Origin: a bacterium
GTDB lineage: Bacteria; Patescibacteriota; Minisyncoccia; UBA6257; JAGOQP01
Assembly (NCBI GenBank): GCA_021814695.1
Contig: JAKAHY010000002.1
Coordinates: forward strand, 8,920 to 72,919
Length of the DNA stretch: 64,000 nt
Direction of reading: 5' to 3'
Shown piece after piece: positions 32,150 to 40,254 of the stretch. Below the pieces are notes generated by a model. It worked only from the letters and a program-made list of their open reading frames with translations. It was not told the DNA's origin and searched no databases. Positions within the stretch are counted from its first letter, which is position 1; each line of letters starts with the position of its first letter. The position numbers were made by a program, and so were the translations under genes.

Positions 32150-33643
32150 ATGGATACTAACCTGAAAATTCCCAAAGAAATTTTAGAAATAGTAGGAACG
32201 CTCGGAAAAGCGGGTTTTGAGGCATATCCGGTAGGAGGATGTGTTAGGGATTTACTTATTAAAAAAGAACCTAAAGATTGGGATGTTGCCACCAATGCCA
32301 GACCAGAGGAAATCCAAAAAATATTTCCGGATAGTGTTTATGAGAATAATTTTGGCACTGTTGGAATCAAAACCAGATCCGATGAATCATCCTTAAAAAT
32401 CGTTGAGGTTACTACATTCAGAATTGAAGGGGGGTATAGCGATAGCCGTCACCCGGATTTGGTTAAATTTGCGGACAATTTACAAGACGACCTTTCCAGG
32501 CGTGACTTTACAATAAATGCGCTTGCATTGGAAATTCAAAATGAAAATATCAGAAATAAAAATAGTAATCAAAAATTCAAAATTATTGATCCGTATGAAG
32601 GGGGGACGGATATAAAGAATAAAATCATTAAAGCCGTAGGAGACCCGAATAAAAGGTTTGGAGAGGATGCTTTAAGAATGCTTAGAGCTGTCAGACTTGC
32701 TTGTCAGCTTGAGTTTGATATAGAGAAAAAAACGGAAGAAGAGATAAGGGAAAATGCTCACCTACTCAAAAAAATATCTAAAGAAAGAATAAGGGATGAA
32801 TTTTCTAAAATCATAATGACCGATTATGCCGAGCGGGGAGTTCGAATGCTCCAAAATCTTGGATTGATGAAATTTATTATCCCCGAGTTAATTGAGGGCG
32901 TCGGCGTTGCACAAAATAAACACCATATTTATACGGTTTGGGAACATAACGTTTTGGCATTGGGATACTCTGTTGCCAAGAGATATTCGTTTGAAGTCAG
33001 ATTGGCATCTCTTTTGCACGATGTCGGCAAACCGAGAACAAAACAAGGAGAGGGGCCCGATTCCACTTTTTATCAGCATGAATATGTCGGGGCCAAGATG
33101 ACAAGAAAAATTTTGGAAGATCTTAAATTTCCAAAACACATTGTTGATTATGTAACTCATCTGGTTAAATCACATCTTTTTTATTACAATGTCGGCGAAG
33201 TAACCGAGGCCGGAGTCAGAAGATTTTTGGCCAGAGTTGGACCGGAAAATGTTGACGACCTTATAAAGGTCAGAGAGGCGGACAGAATCGGTTCGGGCGT
33301 CCCCAAAGCATTCCCTTATAAATTGAGACATCTCCTTTTTATGATAGACAAGGTTAGACGGGACCCGATTTCTCCAAAAATGCTTAAAATAAACGGCAAT
33401 GATTTGATGAAAATCCTATCAATCGATCCCGGACCAAAAATCGGCCACATTCTCAATGCTCTTTTGGAAGAAGTTATTGAAGACCCGGAAAAAAACTCAA
33501 AAAAATATCTGGAAAAAAGAGCCGGAGAGTTAAATCGGCTTTCTGTTAAAGAACTTGAAAATTTGAGAAAAAGAGCAGAGAATGCCAAAGAAGAATTTGA
33601 GACGGGTATTGAAAAGGAAATGAAGCGCAGACATCACGTTTAA
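32150..33643 (+). CDS. cca: CCA-adding tRNA nucleotidyltransferase with HD domain
   Basis: Pol-beta nucleotidyltransferase head GGCVRDLLIKKEPKDWDVAT; HD motif LLHDVGK. Confidence 0.9.
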   Translation: MDTNLKIPKEILEIVGTLGKAGFEAYPVGGCVRDLLIKKEPKDWDVATNARPEEIQKIFPDSVYENNFGTVGIKTRSDESSLKIVEVTTFRIEGGYSDSRHPDLVKFADNLQDDLSRRDFTINALALEIQNENIRNKNSNQKFKIIDPYEGGTDIKNKIIKAVGDPNKRFGEDALRMLRAVRLACQLEFDIEKKTEEEIRENAHLLKKISKERIRDEFSKIIMTDYAERGVRMLQNLGLMKFIIPELIEGVGVAQNKHHIYTVWEHNVLALGYSVAKRYSFEVRLASLLHDVGKPRTKQGEGPDSTFYQHEYVGAKMTRKILEDLKFPKHIVDYVTHLVKSHLFYYNVGEVTEAGVRRFLARVGPENVDDLIKVREADRIGSGVPKAFPYKLRHLLFMIDKVRRDPISPKMLKINGNDLMKILSIDPGPKIGHILNALLEEVIEDPEKNSKKYLEKRAGELNRLSVKELENLRKRAENAKEEFETGIEKEMKRRHHV

Positions 33644-33677
33644 ATCTTTTTATTAAATTAAATACAAAATATAGATT

Positions 33678-33956
33678 ATGAAATATGCCAGGCATTTTAT
33701 AGTTACATTGTTGATTTTTTTGGCTCTTTTGGTTGCCGGAATTTTTCTGACCAACCAACCGTCAGTTAGTTATTCCATGTCGCCTGTTTATTCAAAACCG
33801 GTAACAATTGATGTTTGTAATCAAAATATTACAAGGAGCTGGACTGGGGCTTATGAATCGCAAGGATGCGCTACCACGGTTGGTCACGATTGGAACTATT
33901 ATTATCAAAGCACCGTAAACAACGGTTCCGGAACTTATGTTCCGTATATGAATTAA
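33678..33956 (+). CDS. Small secreted hypothetical protein (92 aa, Cys/Tyr-rich)
   Basis: Signal-anchor MKYARHFIVTLLIFLALLVAGIFL; no homology recognised. Confidence 0.45.
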   Translation: MKYARHFIVTLLIFLALLVAGIFLTNQPSVSYSMSPVYSKPVTIDVCNQNITRSWTGAYESQGCATTVGHDWNYYYQSTVNNGSGTYVPYMN

Positions 33957-34022
33957 TGACCGCTCCGGCGGTCTTCTTTTTTTGATCTTTAAATTTTAAA
34001 CTTTCCGCCCTATACTTTATCT

Positions 34023-34340
34023 ATGTTTGATTTTCTTAACTTTCACATTGCTCAACAATGGAGTGAATTTAACTTCATAACTGCAATGCTGGTGTTTGTC
34101 GTCTATATTTTTATTGACGCGCTTTATTCGGGCTATACTTTGAGTGTTGCCGGACACAAACCTTACGCCGCTGCTACTATGGGCTCTTTAATTTATTTTT
34201 TTACCGCGCTCGGAGTAATAAGTTACACACAAAATTATTTGTATATTATTCCCATAGCTGCTGGTTCATGGGTCGGTACGTTTGCGGTAGTATACAACGC
34301 CAGAAAGCATTCAATCAAAAAGAATATAACTGAAAAATAA
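34023..34340 (+). CDS. Small membrane protein (3 TM), hypothetical
   Basis: Hydrophobicity profile; ends one codon before murI. Confidence 0.5.
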   Translation: MFDFLNFHIAQQWSEFNFITAMLVFVVYIFIDALYSGYTLSVAGHKPYAAATMGSLIYFFTALGVISYTQNYLYIIPIAAGSWVGTFAVVYNARKHSIKKNITEK

Positions 34341-34341
34341 C

Positions 34342-35154
34342 ATGCTGGGATTTTTTGATTCGGGACTTGGGGGACTGGCGGTTTTAAAAGAGGTTGAAAA
34401 AGCAATGCCGCAGTATTCGTATATTTATCTTGGAGATAATGCCAGGACTCCTTATGGTTCACATAGCCACGACACGATTTATAAATTTACCAGGCAAGGG
34501 GTGGCTTATTTATTTAAAAAAGGGGCCGAAGTCGTGATATTGGCGTGTAACACGGCATCCTCATCGGCGCTGAGAAGAATCCAGCAGGAATTTTTGCCGA
34601 AATATTATCCCAAAAATAAAGTATTGGGAATTATTATACCGACAGCAGAAGAGGTAATATCCAAAACCAAAACCGGAGAAATCGGAATTTTGGCGACCGA
34701 AGCAACAGTCCACTCCTTTGCTTATCCGAAAGAAATAACCAAGATGGACGAATCTTTAAGAGTTCATCAGCAAGCCGGAACTTTGTTGGTCCCTATAATT
34801 GAGGCGGGAGAATTGGATTGGGACGGACTTGATTCGATTATAAAAAAATACCTAAACGAATTATTTGAAAGAAGTAAAAAAATAGATACTTTAGTTTTGG
34901 CTTGCACTCACTACGCTTTAATTGAAGATAAAATAAGAAAGCATACGCCATCCAAAGTCCAAATTATATCCCAAGGCCAAATTGTTGCACAAAAATTGAA
35001 AGAATATCTTGAAAGGCATCCGGAAATTGAATCCCGATTAAAAAAAAGTAACAGGAGAGATTTTTATTCTACCGAAGATTCCTGGAGAGTAAGAAATCTT
35101 TTTAAGCTTTTTTACGGCAGGCCGGTTGAGATAAAAAAGATTTCTCTTGAGTGA
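34342..35154 (+). CDS. murI: Glutamate racemase
   Basis: FDSGLGGL...LACNTAS...LACTHY (both catalytic Cys motifs). Confidence 0.95.
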   Translation: MLGFFDSGLGGLAVLKEVEKAMPQYSYIYLGDNARTPYGSHSHDTIYKFTRQGVAYLFKKGAEVVILACNTASSSALRRIQQEFLPKYYPKNKVLGIIIPTAEEVISKTKTGEIGILATEATVHSFAYPKEITKMDESLRVHQQAGTLLVPIIEAGELDWDGLDSIIKKYLNELFERSKKIDTLVLACTHYALIEDKIRKHTPSKVQIISQGQIVAQKLKEYLERHPEIESRLKKSNRRDFYSTEDSWRVRNLFKLFYGRPVEIKKISLE

Positions 35155-35394
35155 TTTGATATTTGACGAAGTCAATATATTCTGTTTTTATATTCTTTCG
35201 GACTGGTAATGTGGACAGTTTTCTGAAACAATAAATATGACACTGTGTGGGTGTCGAGCGTTCACGTTCTTTGTTTTAATTATCTATCGGTCTTGAGCCG
35301 AAGAGTTTTTTACACGCATTTATTTGTTTATTTGAATTAAAATTGGAAATTGGTATTTTTTCTTGTATTTCACCCGTGGTGAGGCATAGTATGT

Positions 35395-35425
35395 CGGTAG
35401 TACGTGCATTCGTTACGTTAGATAA
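35395..35425 (+). other. Degenerate partial copy of the tRNA-Pro 5' half (D-arm plus altered anticodon arm) immediately upstream of the tRNA
   Basis: TAGTATGTCGGTAGTACGTGCATTCGTTACGT versus tRNA TAGTATACCGGTAGTACGTGCGCTTCGGGTGCGT. Confidence 0.3.
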
Positions 35426-35429
35426 ATAT

Positions 35430-35500
35430 CGGGCTGTAGTATACCGGTAGTACGTGCGCTTCGGGTGCGTAAAGACCGGGTTCGATTCCCGGCAGCCCGA
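35430..35500 (+). tRNA. tRNA-Pro (CGG)
   Basis: CGGGCTG-TA-GTAT-ACCGGTA-GTAC-G-TGCGC-TTCGGGT-GCGTA-AAGA-CCGGG-TTCGATT-CCCGG-CAGCCCG-A. Confidence 0.9.
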
Positions 35501-35544
35501 CTAAAATAGAAATCCCATTCGGGATTTTTATTTTTGCTTGGACT

Positions 35545-35680
35545 CCGGAAATTGAATCAGAAGGGGTCGGGGAACCTGTGGTTCCCCGTGTAGGAAAAAG
35601 TCCGCCCTGGGCGGACGTCAAGAAACCGAGGGTGTTTTGGGAGGAGTGAAACGACGACGTGAGATTCCCGGCAGCCCGAC
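35545..35680 (+). repeat. tRNA-trailer structured element, copy E4, fused to a duplicate of the tRNA-Pro 3' end (GATTCCCGGCAGCCCGAC)
   Basis: GGAAATTGAATCAGAAG-GGGTCGGGGAACCtgtGGTTCCCCGTGTAGGAAAAAG-TCCGCCCtggGGCGGA-CGTCAAGAAACCGAGGGTGTTTTGGGAGGAGTGAAACGACGACGTGAGATTCCC-GGCAGCCCGAC. It is followed by a second copy of the tRNA flank and the first 16 nt of a further element (GGAATTGAATCGGAAG). Confidence 0.6.
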
Positions 35681-35772
35681 GAAAATAAAATTCCCCTTTA
35701 GGGGAGTTTTATTTATGTTTGGGTTTCAGGGGAATTGAATCGGAAGAAAAATGTTCTTAAATTTGATATACT

Positions 35773-36822
35773 TTGTTTATGTCTTCGAATAAATCTCAAT
35801 CTATTCTGATAGTTCTTTTGCTGGTTTTTTTGCTGGCTATTTCTTTTTTTGTTATTGAACCATATTTAACCTCTATAATATTGGCAACGGTTTTTGCCAT
35901 TGTTTTTTGGCCGGTTTACAGACGGCTTTCTGGAATTATCAAGCTCGGGGGATTTGATGCGTTGATAATGGTCTTTCTTGTACTTGTCGTTTTTTTAATA
36001 CCTCTTACTTTTGTCGGTTCGAGGGTTTTAAGTGAAGCTTACAGCGCCTATAATTCAATTTTTAATGCAAACGGAAATGCTCAAATAACCTCCACTATCA
36101 GCTGGCTAAATCAAAAGATAAATGAATCAGCCCCGACTTTTATCGGTCCAATTGATTTGACTGGATATGCCAAGTCAATATTGGAATGGTTTTTGGGAAA
36201 TCTTGGCACAATCTTTACTGGAGTTGCCAGGGGATTATTTACTTTTGTTCTAAGCTTGTTTATGCTCTTTTATTTTTTCAGGGATGGAAACAAAATAAAA
36301 AAATTTCTTATTGAACATAGTCCGCTGAACGAACCTTACAATACCCGGCTTATAGAAAAAATACGGGAAGCAATTAATTCGGTAGTGAGAGGATCGCTTA
36401 TTGTGGCTTTGCTTCAAAGTATCGTGAGCGGAATCGGATTTTATATATTTGGAGTTCCCAATCCGTCTTTATGGGGAGGTCTGACTTTTGTTGCCGCTTT
36501 CGTTCCAACACTCGGGACTTCTTTAGTAATCGTTCCGGTGATTGTTTATATGTTTTTTGCATCAAACACTCTGATGGCCTTAGGTCTTGCCGTCTGGGGA
36601 ATACTTGCCGTTGGTTTGATAGATAATACTTTAGGGCCGATACTTGTCGGAAGGGGAATGAAAATCCATCCCTTGGTTGTCTTTATTGGAGTTTTGGGAG
36701 GAGTCAGTTTGTTTGGGCCGATAGGTTTTATTGTGGGACCGATAGTTTTTGCTCTTCTATACGCAGTATCGGATATTTATTTTGAATTTATAAAAAAAGA
36801 CAATCAATCCTCCGAAACTTGA
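35773..36822 (+). CDS. AI-2E family transporter (PerM/YhhT-like, UPF0118)
   Basis: 8-TM topology with the characteristic long first periplasmic loop. Confidence 0.8.
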   Translation: MFMSSNKSQSILIVLLLVFLLAISFFVIEPYLTSIILATVFAIVFWPVYRRLSGIIKLGGFDALIMVFLVLVVFLIPLTFVGSRVLSEAYSAYNSIFNANGNAQITSTISWLNQKINESAPTFIGPIDLTGYAKSILEWFLGNLGTIFTGVARGLFTFVLSLFMLFYFFRDGNKIKKFLIEHSPLNEPYNTRLIEKIREAINSVVRGSLIVALLQSIVSGIGFYIFGVPNPSLWGGLTFVAAFVPTLGTSLVIVPVIVYMFFASNTLMALGLAVWGILAVGLIDNTLGPILVGRGMKIHPLVVFIGVLGGVSLFGPIGFIVGPIVFALLYAVSDIYFEFIKKDNQSSET

Positions 36823-36855
36823 TTTTGCCCTTAAATTCAATAGAATTGAAACGTT

Positions 36856-37200
36856 ATGATAAATTATGAAACTTTTAAACAAGTTGAGTTAAAAGTCGCT
36901 AAAGTTTTAGAGGCCGAAAGAGTTGAGGGTTCCGAGAAGCTTTTAAAACTCAGGGTGTCTTTGGGAGCGGAGGAAGAAGCGGACCTGCCTGCCGGCAGGC
37001 AGGTTATTGCCGGTGTCGGAATCAAGTATCAGCCGGAAAATTTGGTCGGCAAAAACATTATTATTGTCGCCAACTTGGAACCGAGAAAGCTTATGGGATT
37101 GGAAAGCCAGGGGATGCTTTTGGCGGCAAGCAACGAAAATGAAGGGCCGATATTGTTGACGACAATGGAAGATATTTTGCCCGGTTCAAATATAAATTGA
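36856..37200 (+). CDS. csaA: tRNA-binding protein (CsaA/Trbp111-type OB-fold domain)
   Basis: FKQVELKVAKVLEAERVEGSEKLLKLRVSLG....IAGVGIKYQPENLVGKNIIIVANLEPRKLMG.ESQGMLLAA. Confidence 0.85.
   Translation: MINYETFKQVELKVAKVLEAERVEGSEKLLKLRVSLGAEEEADLPAGRQVIAGVGIKYQPENLVGKNIIIVANLEPRKLMGLESQGMLLAASNENEGPILLTTMEDILPGSNIN
36984..37003. repeat. 20-nt perfect GC-rich palindrome CCTGCCTGCCGGCAGGCAGG inside csaA (encodes ..DLPAGRQVI.., an apparent 5-7-aa insertion relative to the family consensus)
   Basis: Exact inverted repeat, 22 nt with the A/T flank; the same element occurs at 10785..10804 in ileS. Confidence 0.6.
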
Positions 37201-37281
37201 TCCAGAAATTACTAAATTCCGATTATAAAAATTTTGGTATTTGAATATTGAAGTTTGGAATTTGCCACATTTGTGGCTTTT

Positions 37282-37355
37282 GGGCCTGTAGTAAAACGGT
37301 ATTACGCAGCATTCGCATTGCTGAAGTAGGGGTTCAATTCCCCTCAGGTCCACCA
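37282..37355 (+). tRNA. tRNA-Ala (CGC), CCA encoded
   Basis: GGGCCTG (G3·U70) ... CAGCA-TTCGCAT-TGCTG ... AGGGG-TTCAATT-CCCCT-CAGGTCC-A-CCA. Confidence 0.9.
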
Positions 37356-37359
37356 AAAT

Positions 37360-37406
37360 TATAGTGACATTGCATGAGTGTGGGTTCGGTTCTCGCTGGA
37401 TCTACC
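37360..37406 (+). other. tRNA-like 3' fragment (T-arm-like plus ..CTACCA) immediately downstream of tRNA-Ala(CGC)
   Basis: ATAGTGACATTGCATGAGTGTGGGTTCGGTTCTCGCTGGATCTACCA, which is not the 3' end of the adjacent tRNA. Confidence 0.3.
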
Positions 37407-37491
37407 AAAAACAAATCCCCCCTTAGTTATCTAGTTGACTTTCGGATAACTTTTGATTACTATATCAATATAAATTGATATAGTTTATCAT

Positions 37492-37833
37492 TTGCATATG
37501 AATAAAATAAAAAAATTAACTTCTGCGACAGTCATGTCGGAATGCTGCCTTCCTGGAAAAACTTTAAAAAAAGTCAAAAAAACATCCGATCTTTTGAAAA
37601 TAATTTCCGAAGCCAATCGTCTGAAGATTCTGTGTATTCTAAAAAGGGGTGAGCGATGTGCCTGCGATATTGCTCGTGATATTGGTGTTTCTCAAAATCT
37701 GGCATCGCACCACTTAAAGACATTAAAAGAAGGGGGGGTGGTTGAATCGCGTCGAAAGGGTCTCGAAATTATTTATCGCTTAAGAAAAGAATCACTAAAC
37801 AAATTTAATTCAATATTAAACAATCTTTTTTAA
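37492..37833 (+). CDS. ArsR/SmtB family metalloregulator
   Basis: wHTH block ILKRGERCACDIARDIGVSQNLASHHLKTLKEGGVV with a Cys pair in helix a3. Confidence 0.85.
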   Translation: MHMNKIKKLTSATVMSECCLPGKTLKKVKKTSDLLKIISEANRLKILCILKRGERCACDIARDIGVSQNLASHHLKTLKEGGVVESRRKGLEIIYRLRKESLNKFNSILNNLF

Positions 37834-37837
37834 TTTT

Positions 37838-38086
37838 ATGGAAAATAACATTATTCAGGTTCTGGGTTCCGGTTGTCCCACTTGCCAAAAACTTTATGAA
37901 ATAACTAAAAAAACAGTAGGCGAGCTTGGGCTGAATATAGAAGTTGATTATATTACCGACGTTCAAAAAATATTGGATATGGGGCTTATGCAAAGTCCGG
38001 TTTTGGCGATAAATGGCAAGCCGGCTATGGTTGGCTTTACACCCGATATGGCGAAAATAAAAAAAATAATTAAGGACAACCTATAG
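37838..38086 (+). CDS. Thioredoxin-fold protein (redox-active disulfide protein 2 family)
   Basis: QVLGSGCPTCQKLYE (CPxC) in an 82-aa protein; typical partner of ArsR/permease operons. Confidence 0.75.
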   Translation: MENNIIQVLGSGCPTCQKLYEITKKTVGELGLNIEVDYITDVQKILDMGLMQSPVLAINGKPAMVGFTPDMAKIKKIIKDNL

Positions 38087-38090
38087 TTTT

Positions 38091-38990
38091 ATGGAAAATC
38101 ATAAACACACATCTTCTCCAAAAAATCTCGTTGTCGCAATCGTCATAAATGCTGTAATTGTTGTGACAGAAATCATCTTCGGTGTAATTGCCAGAAGCAT
38201 GGCTTTAATTTCCGAAGCACTGCACAATTTTACCGATATCGGTTCTATGACCTTAAGTTGGTATGGTGAAAAGGTGACTAACAGGCCAAAAACAAGCACA
38301 AAAACTTACGGCTATAAACGTGCGGAAGTTATTATTGCTTTTGTTAATGGTGGCGTACTTTTGGGGGTGAGTGGCTGGGTTTTGATTGAATCGGTCATGA
38401 GAATATTTAACCCGGAACCGGTTGGCGGATTTATTATGCTCGTCGTGGCCATTATATCGCTTTTAGGCAACGGTCTGGCCGCATATATTCTTGAGAGAGA
38501 TTCTAAAAAGAACCTGAATCTAAAAAGTACCTGGCTTCATTCATTGCAAGACGCTCTGTTTTCACTTGGCGTTGTCATGGCGGCCGTTATTATCTACTAC
38601 ACCGGATGGAATATTGTTGACCCCATTGTTTCCATCGTGGTGTCGCTATTTCTGCTCAAGGAGGTTTACAAAATTTTGTCAGAGTCGGTTAGTATGCTTT
38701 TGGACTCGGTACCGGACGATTTGGATTTTGAGGAGATTAAAGAAGCCCTGAAAAAATTTGATGGAGTGACAAATATCAATGATTTACATATATGGCAGAC
38801 GGGATCGCATGATCGTTTTTTGAGCGTGCACATGGTCATTAGCGAAATGCCGGAAGCGGAAAGAGTAAAAATTCTGGCTAAGGTCATGGTTTTACTAAAA
38901 GATAAATACAACATCCAACATCCAACGCTTCAGATGGTATCGGCACGGGAAATAAAAGAGATCGGACTGGAACGTGAGCATTGCAATTAG
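38091..38990 (+). CDS. Cation diffusion facilitator family transporter (CzcD-like)
   Basis: 6 TM; HxxxD-type motifs in TM2/TM5 (EALHNFTD; LHSLQDALFS); C-terminal cytoplasmic domain. Confidence 0.9.
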   Translation: MENHKHTSSPKNLVVAIVINAVIVVTEIIFGVIARSMALISEALHNFTDIGSMTLSWYGEKVTNRPKTSTKTYGYKRAEVIIAFVNGGVLLGVSGWVLIESVMRIFNPEPVGGFIMLVVAIISLLGNGLAAYILERDSKKNLNLKSTWLHSLQDALFSLGVVMAAVIIYYTGWNIVDPIVSIVVSLFLLKEVYKILSESVSMLLDSVPDDLDFEEIKEALKKFDGVTNINDLHIWQTGSHDRFLSVHMVISEMPEAERVKILAKVMVLLKDKYNIQHPTLQMVSAREIKEIGLEREHCN

Positions 38991-39019
38991 AATTAACATT
39001 AATTTGACTGATAAGGATT

Positions 39020-39799
39020 ATGTCTCTTATTACAATTATTATTTTAAGCTCAATCGTTGGTATTATCACCGCCGGTCTTTCTATTAGATTTGACCGATTT
39101 TTTGTCATGCTTCTGCTATTGTTTTTGGCTGGTGTGGAAATAAAAAATGCAGTTAATATTTTTTTGATAATTATTTTTTTGGGTGCGGCGATGATCTTAG
39201 TTGAAAACAAGGAAAATTTAAGAAAAATACCGGCTGAAAATATAACTAAATTTTTGACAATTATACCAATGCTTACATGGCTCTTCTCTTTTTTAGGGAC
39301 GTGGGCATTTATGAGCGTTTCCTCGGTAACATTAATCGCAACGTTTGGTGTGCTGACTTTTTTTTATGGCCTGCGCATGACTCTCATACATTTCAAGGAG
39401 GAAGAAAAAAATCACATACACGGAATGCCGGTAATGCAAAAATTTTGCGGATTGGCTGGACCTATGATCAGCGGATTTTTTGTGGGTTTTATTGGCACCT
39501 CGCTTAAATCGCTTAAGATCCCATTTGCGGTAAAGTTTGGGAAAATGAATTTGTCGCAAGTATATATCGGAAACGCTATTACGGCTGCATATGCGTCTTT
39601 GTTTGCTATTATGTGGCGTTTTGTTTTTGGTATTGGCAATGTTTTATTTCTGTTATATGGCGTGGCGATTTGGGGTACGATCCATGGAGTTTCGGATTTA
39701 GTCTCGCCGGTATTCCCAGGGCGTTGGAAAAAGGGTTTTCAAATTATCGTCGGTCTAGCTTTGTTAATCGCGGCAGTTAAGGTTTTCAAACTGATATAA
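39020..39799 (+). CDS. Polytopic membrane protein, hypothetical
   Basis: 8 predicted TM segments. Confidence 0.55.
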   Translation: MSLITIIILSSIVGIITAGLSIRFDRFFVMLLLLFLAGVEIKNAVNIFLIIIFLGAAMILVENKENLRKIPAENITKFLTIIPMLTWLFSFLGTWAFMSVSSVTLIATFGVLTFFYGLRMTLIHFKEEEKNHIHGMPVMQKFCGLAGPMISGFFVGFIGTSLKSLKIPFAVKFGKMNLSQVYIGNAITAAYASLFAIMWRFVFGIGNVLFLLYGVAIWGTIHGVSDLVSPVFPGRWKKGFQIIVGLALLIAAVKVFKLI

Positions 39800-39813
39800 A
39801 ATTAAAAATAACT

Positions 39814-40239
39814 ATGGAAAAGATATTTAATGTAAGAGTAAGGCAAATAAATGGAGGTCGAGTCGAATCCGAAGCGCATGGACAGAAAATAATTCTTTCT
39901 ACAAATGGCAATGATCCAAATTTGGGGATTACAGCTCCGGAAACTGTTTTGGCGGCTTTGGGAACTTGTATTGTCTCTAATATAAATAAAATTGCCAGTG
40001 AGTTGGGATTAAAAATTGACGACGTAGTCATTACGTTTGAGGCAAAAAAACGTTTGGATCCTTTGGGAATTAAAGATTTATACTACACGGTTAAAATTCA
40101 AAGTCCGGAACCGGTAGAAAAATTGCAGACATTGTATGAAATGGCGACTACTAATGGGACCGCTACCAATGCTCTCTTGGAGGGGATTGAGCCTATTGGA
40201 AAATTATTAATAAATGTAGCAAGTAATGCCGTGCAATAA
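39814..40239 (+). CDS. OsmC/Ohr family peroxiredoxin-like protein
   Basis: Length, ...LAALGTC... and the second Cys region fit the OsmC family. Confidence 0.7.
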   Translation: MEKIFNVRVRQINGGRVESEAHGQKIILSTNGNDPNLGITAPETVLAALGTCIVSNINKIASELGLKIDDVVITFEAKKRLDPLGIKDLYYTVKIQSPEPVEKLQTLYEMATTNGTATNALLEGIEPIGKLLINVASNAVQ

Positions 40240-40254
40240 TAGCACAACGTAGTT

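Noticed and set aside
32000-32150. Hairpins between tRNA-Arg and cca (GGGCAGG...CCTGCCC; AATAAGggggCTTATTttttttc)
   Set aside because: They could be attenuators or terminators, but there is no upstream plus-strand gene and no recognisable riboswitch core. Noted only as generic structure.
35598-35612. GGAAAAAGTCCGCCC resembling the RNase P RNA AGGAAAGUCCGGGCU motif
   Set aside because: It lies inside hairpin 2 of the repeat element, which varies between copies. No other RNase P helices are nearby.
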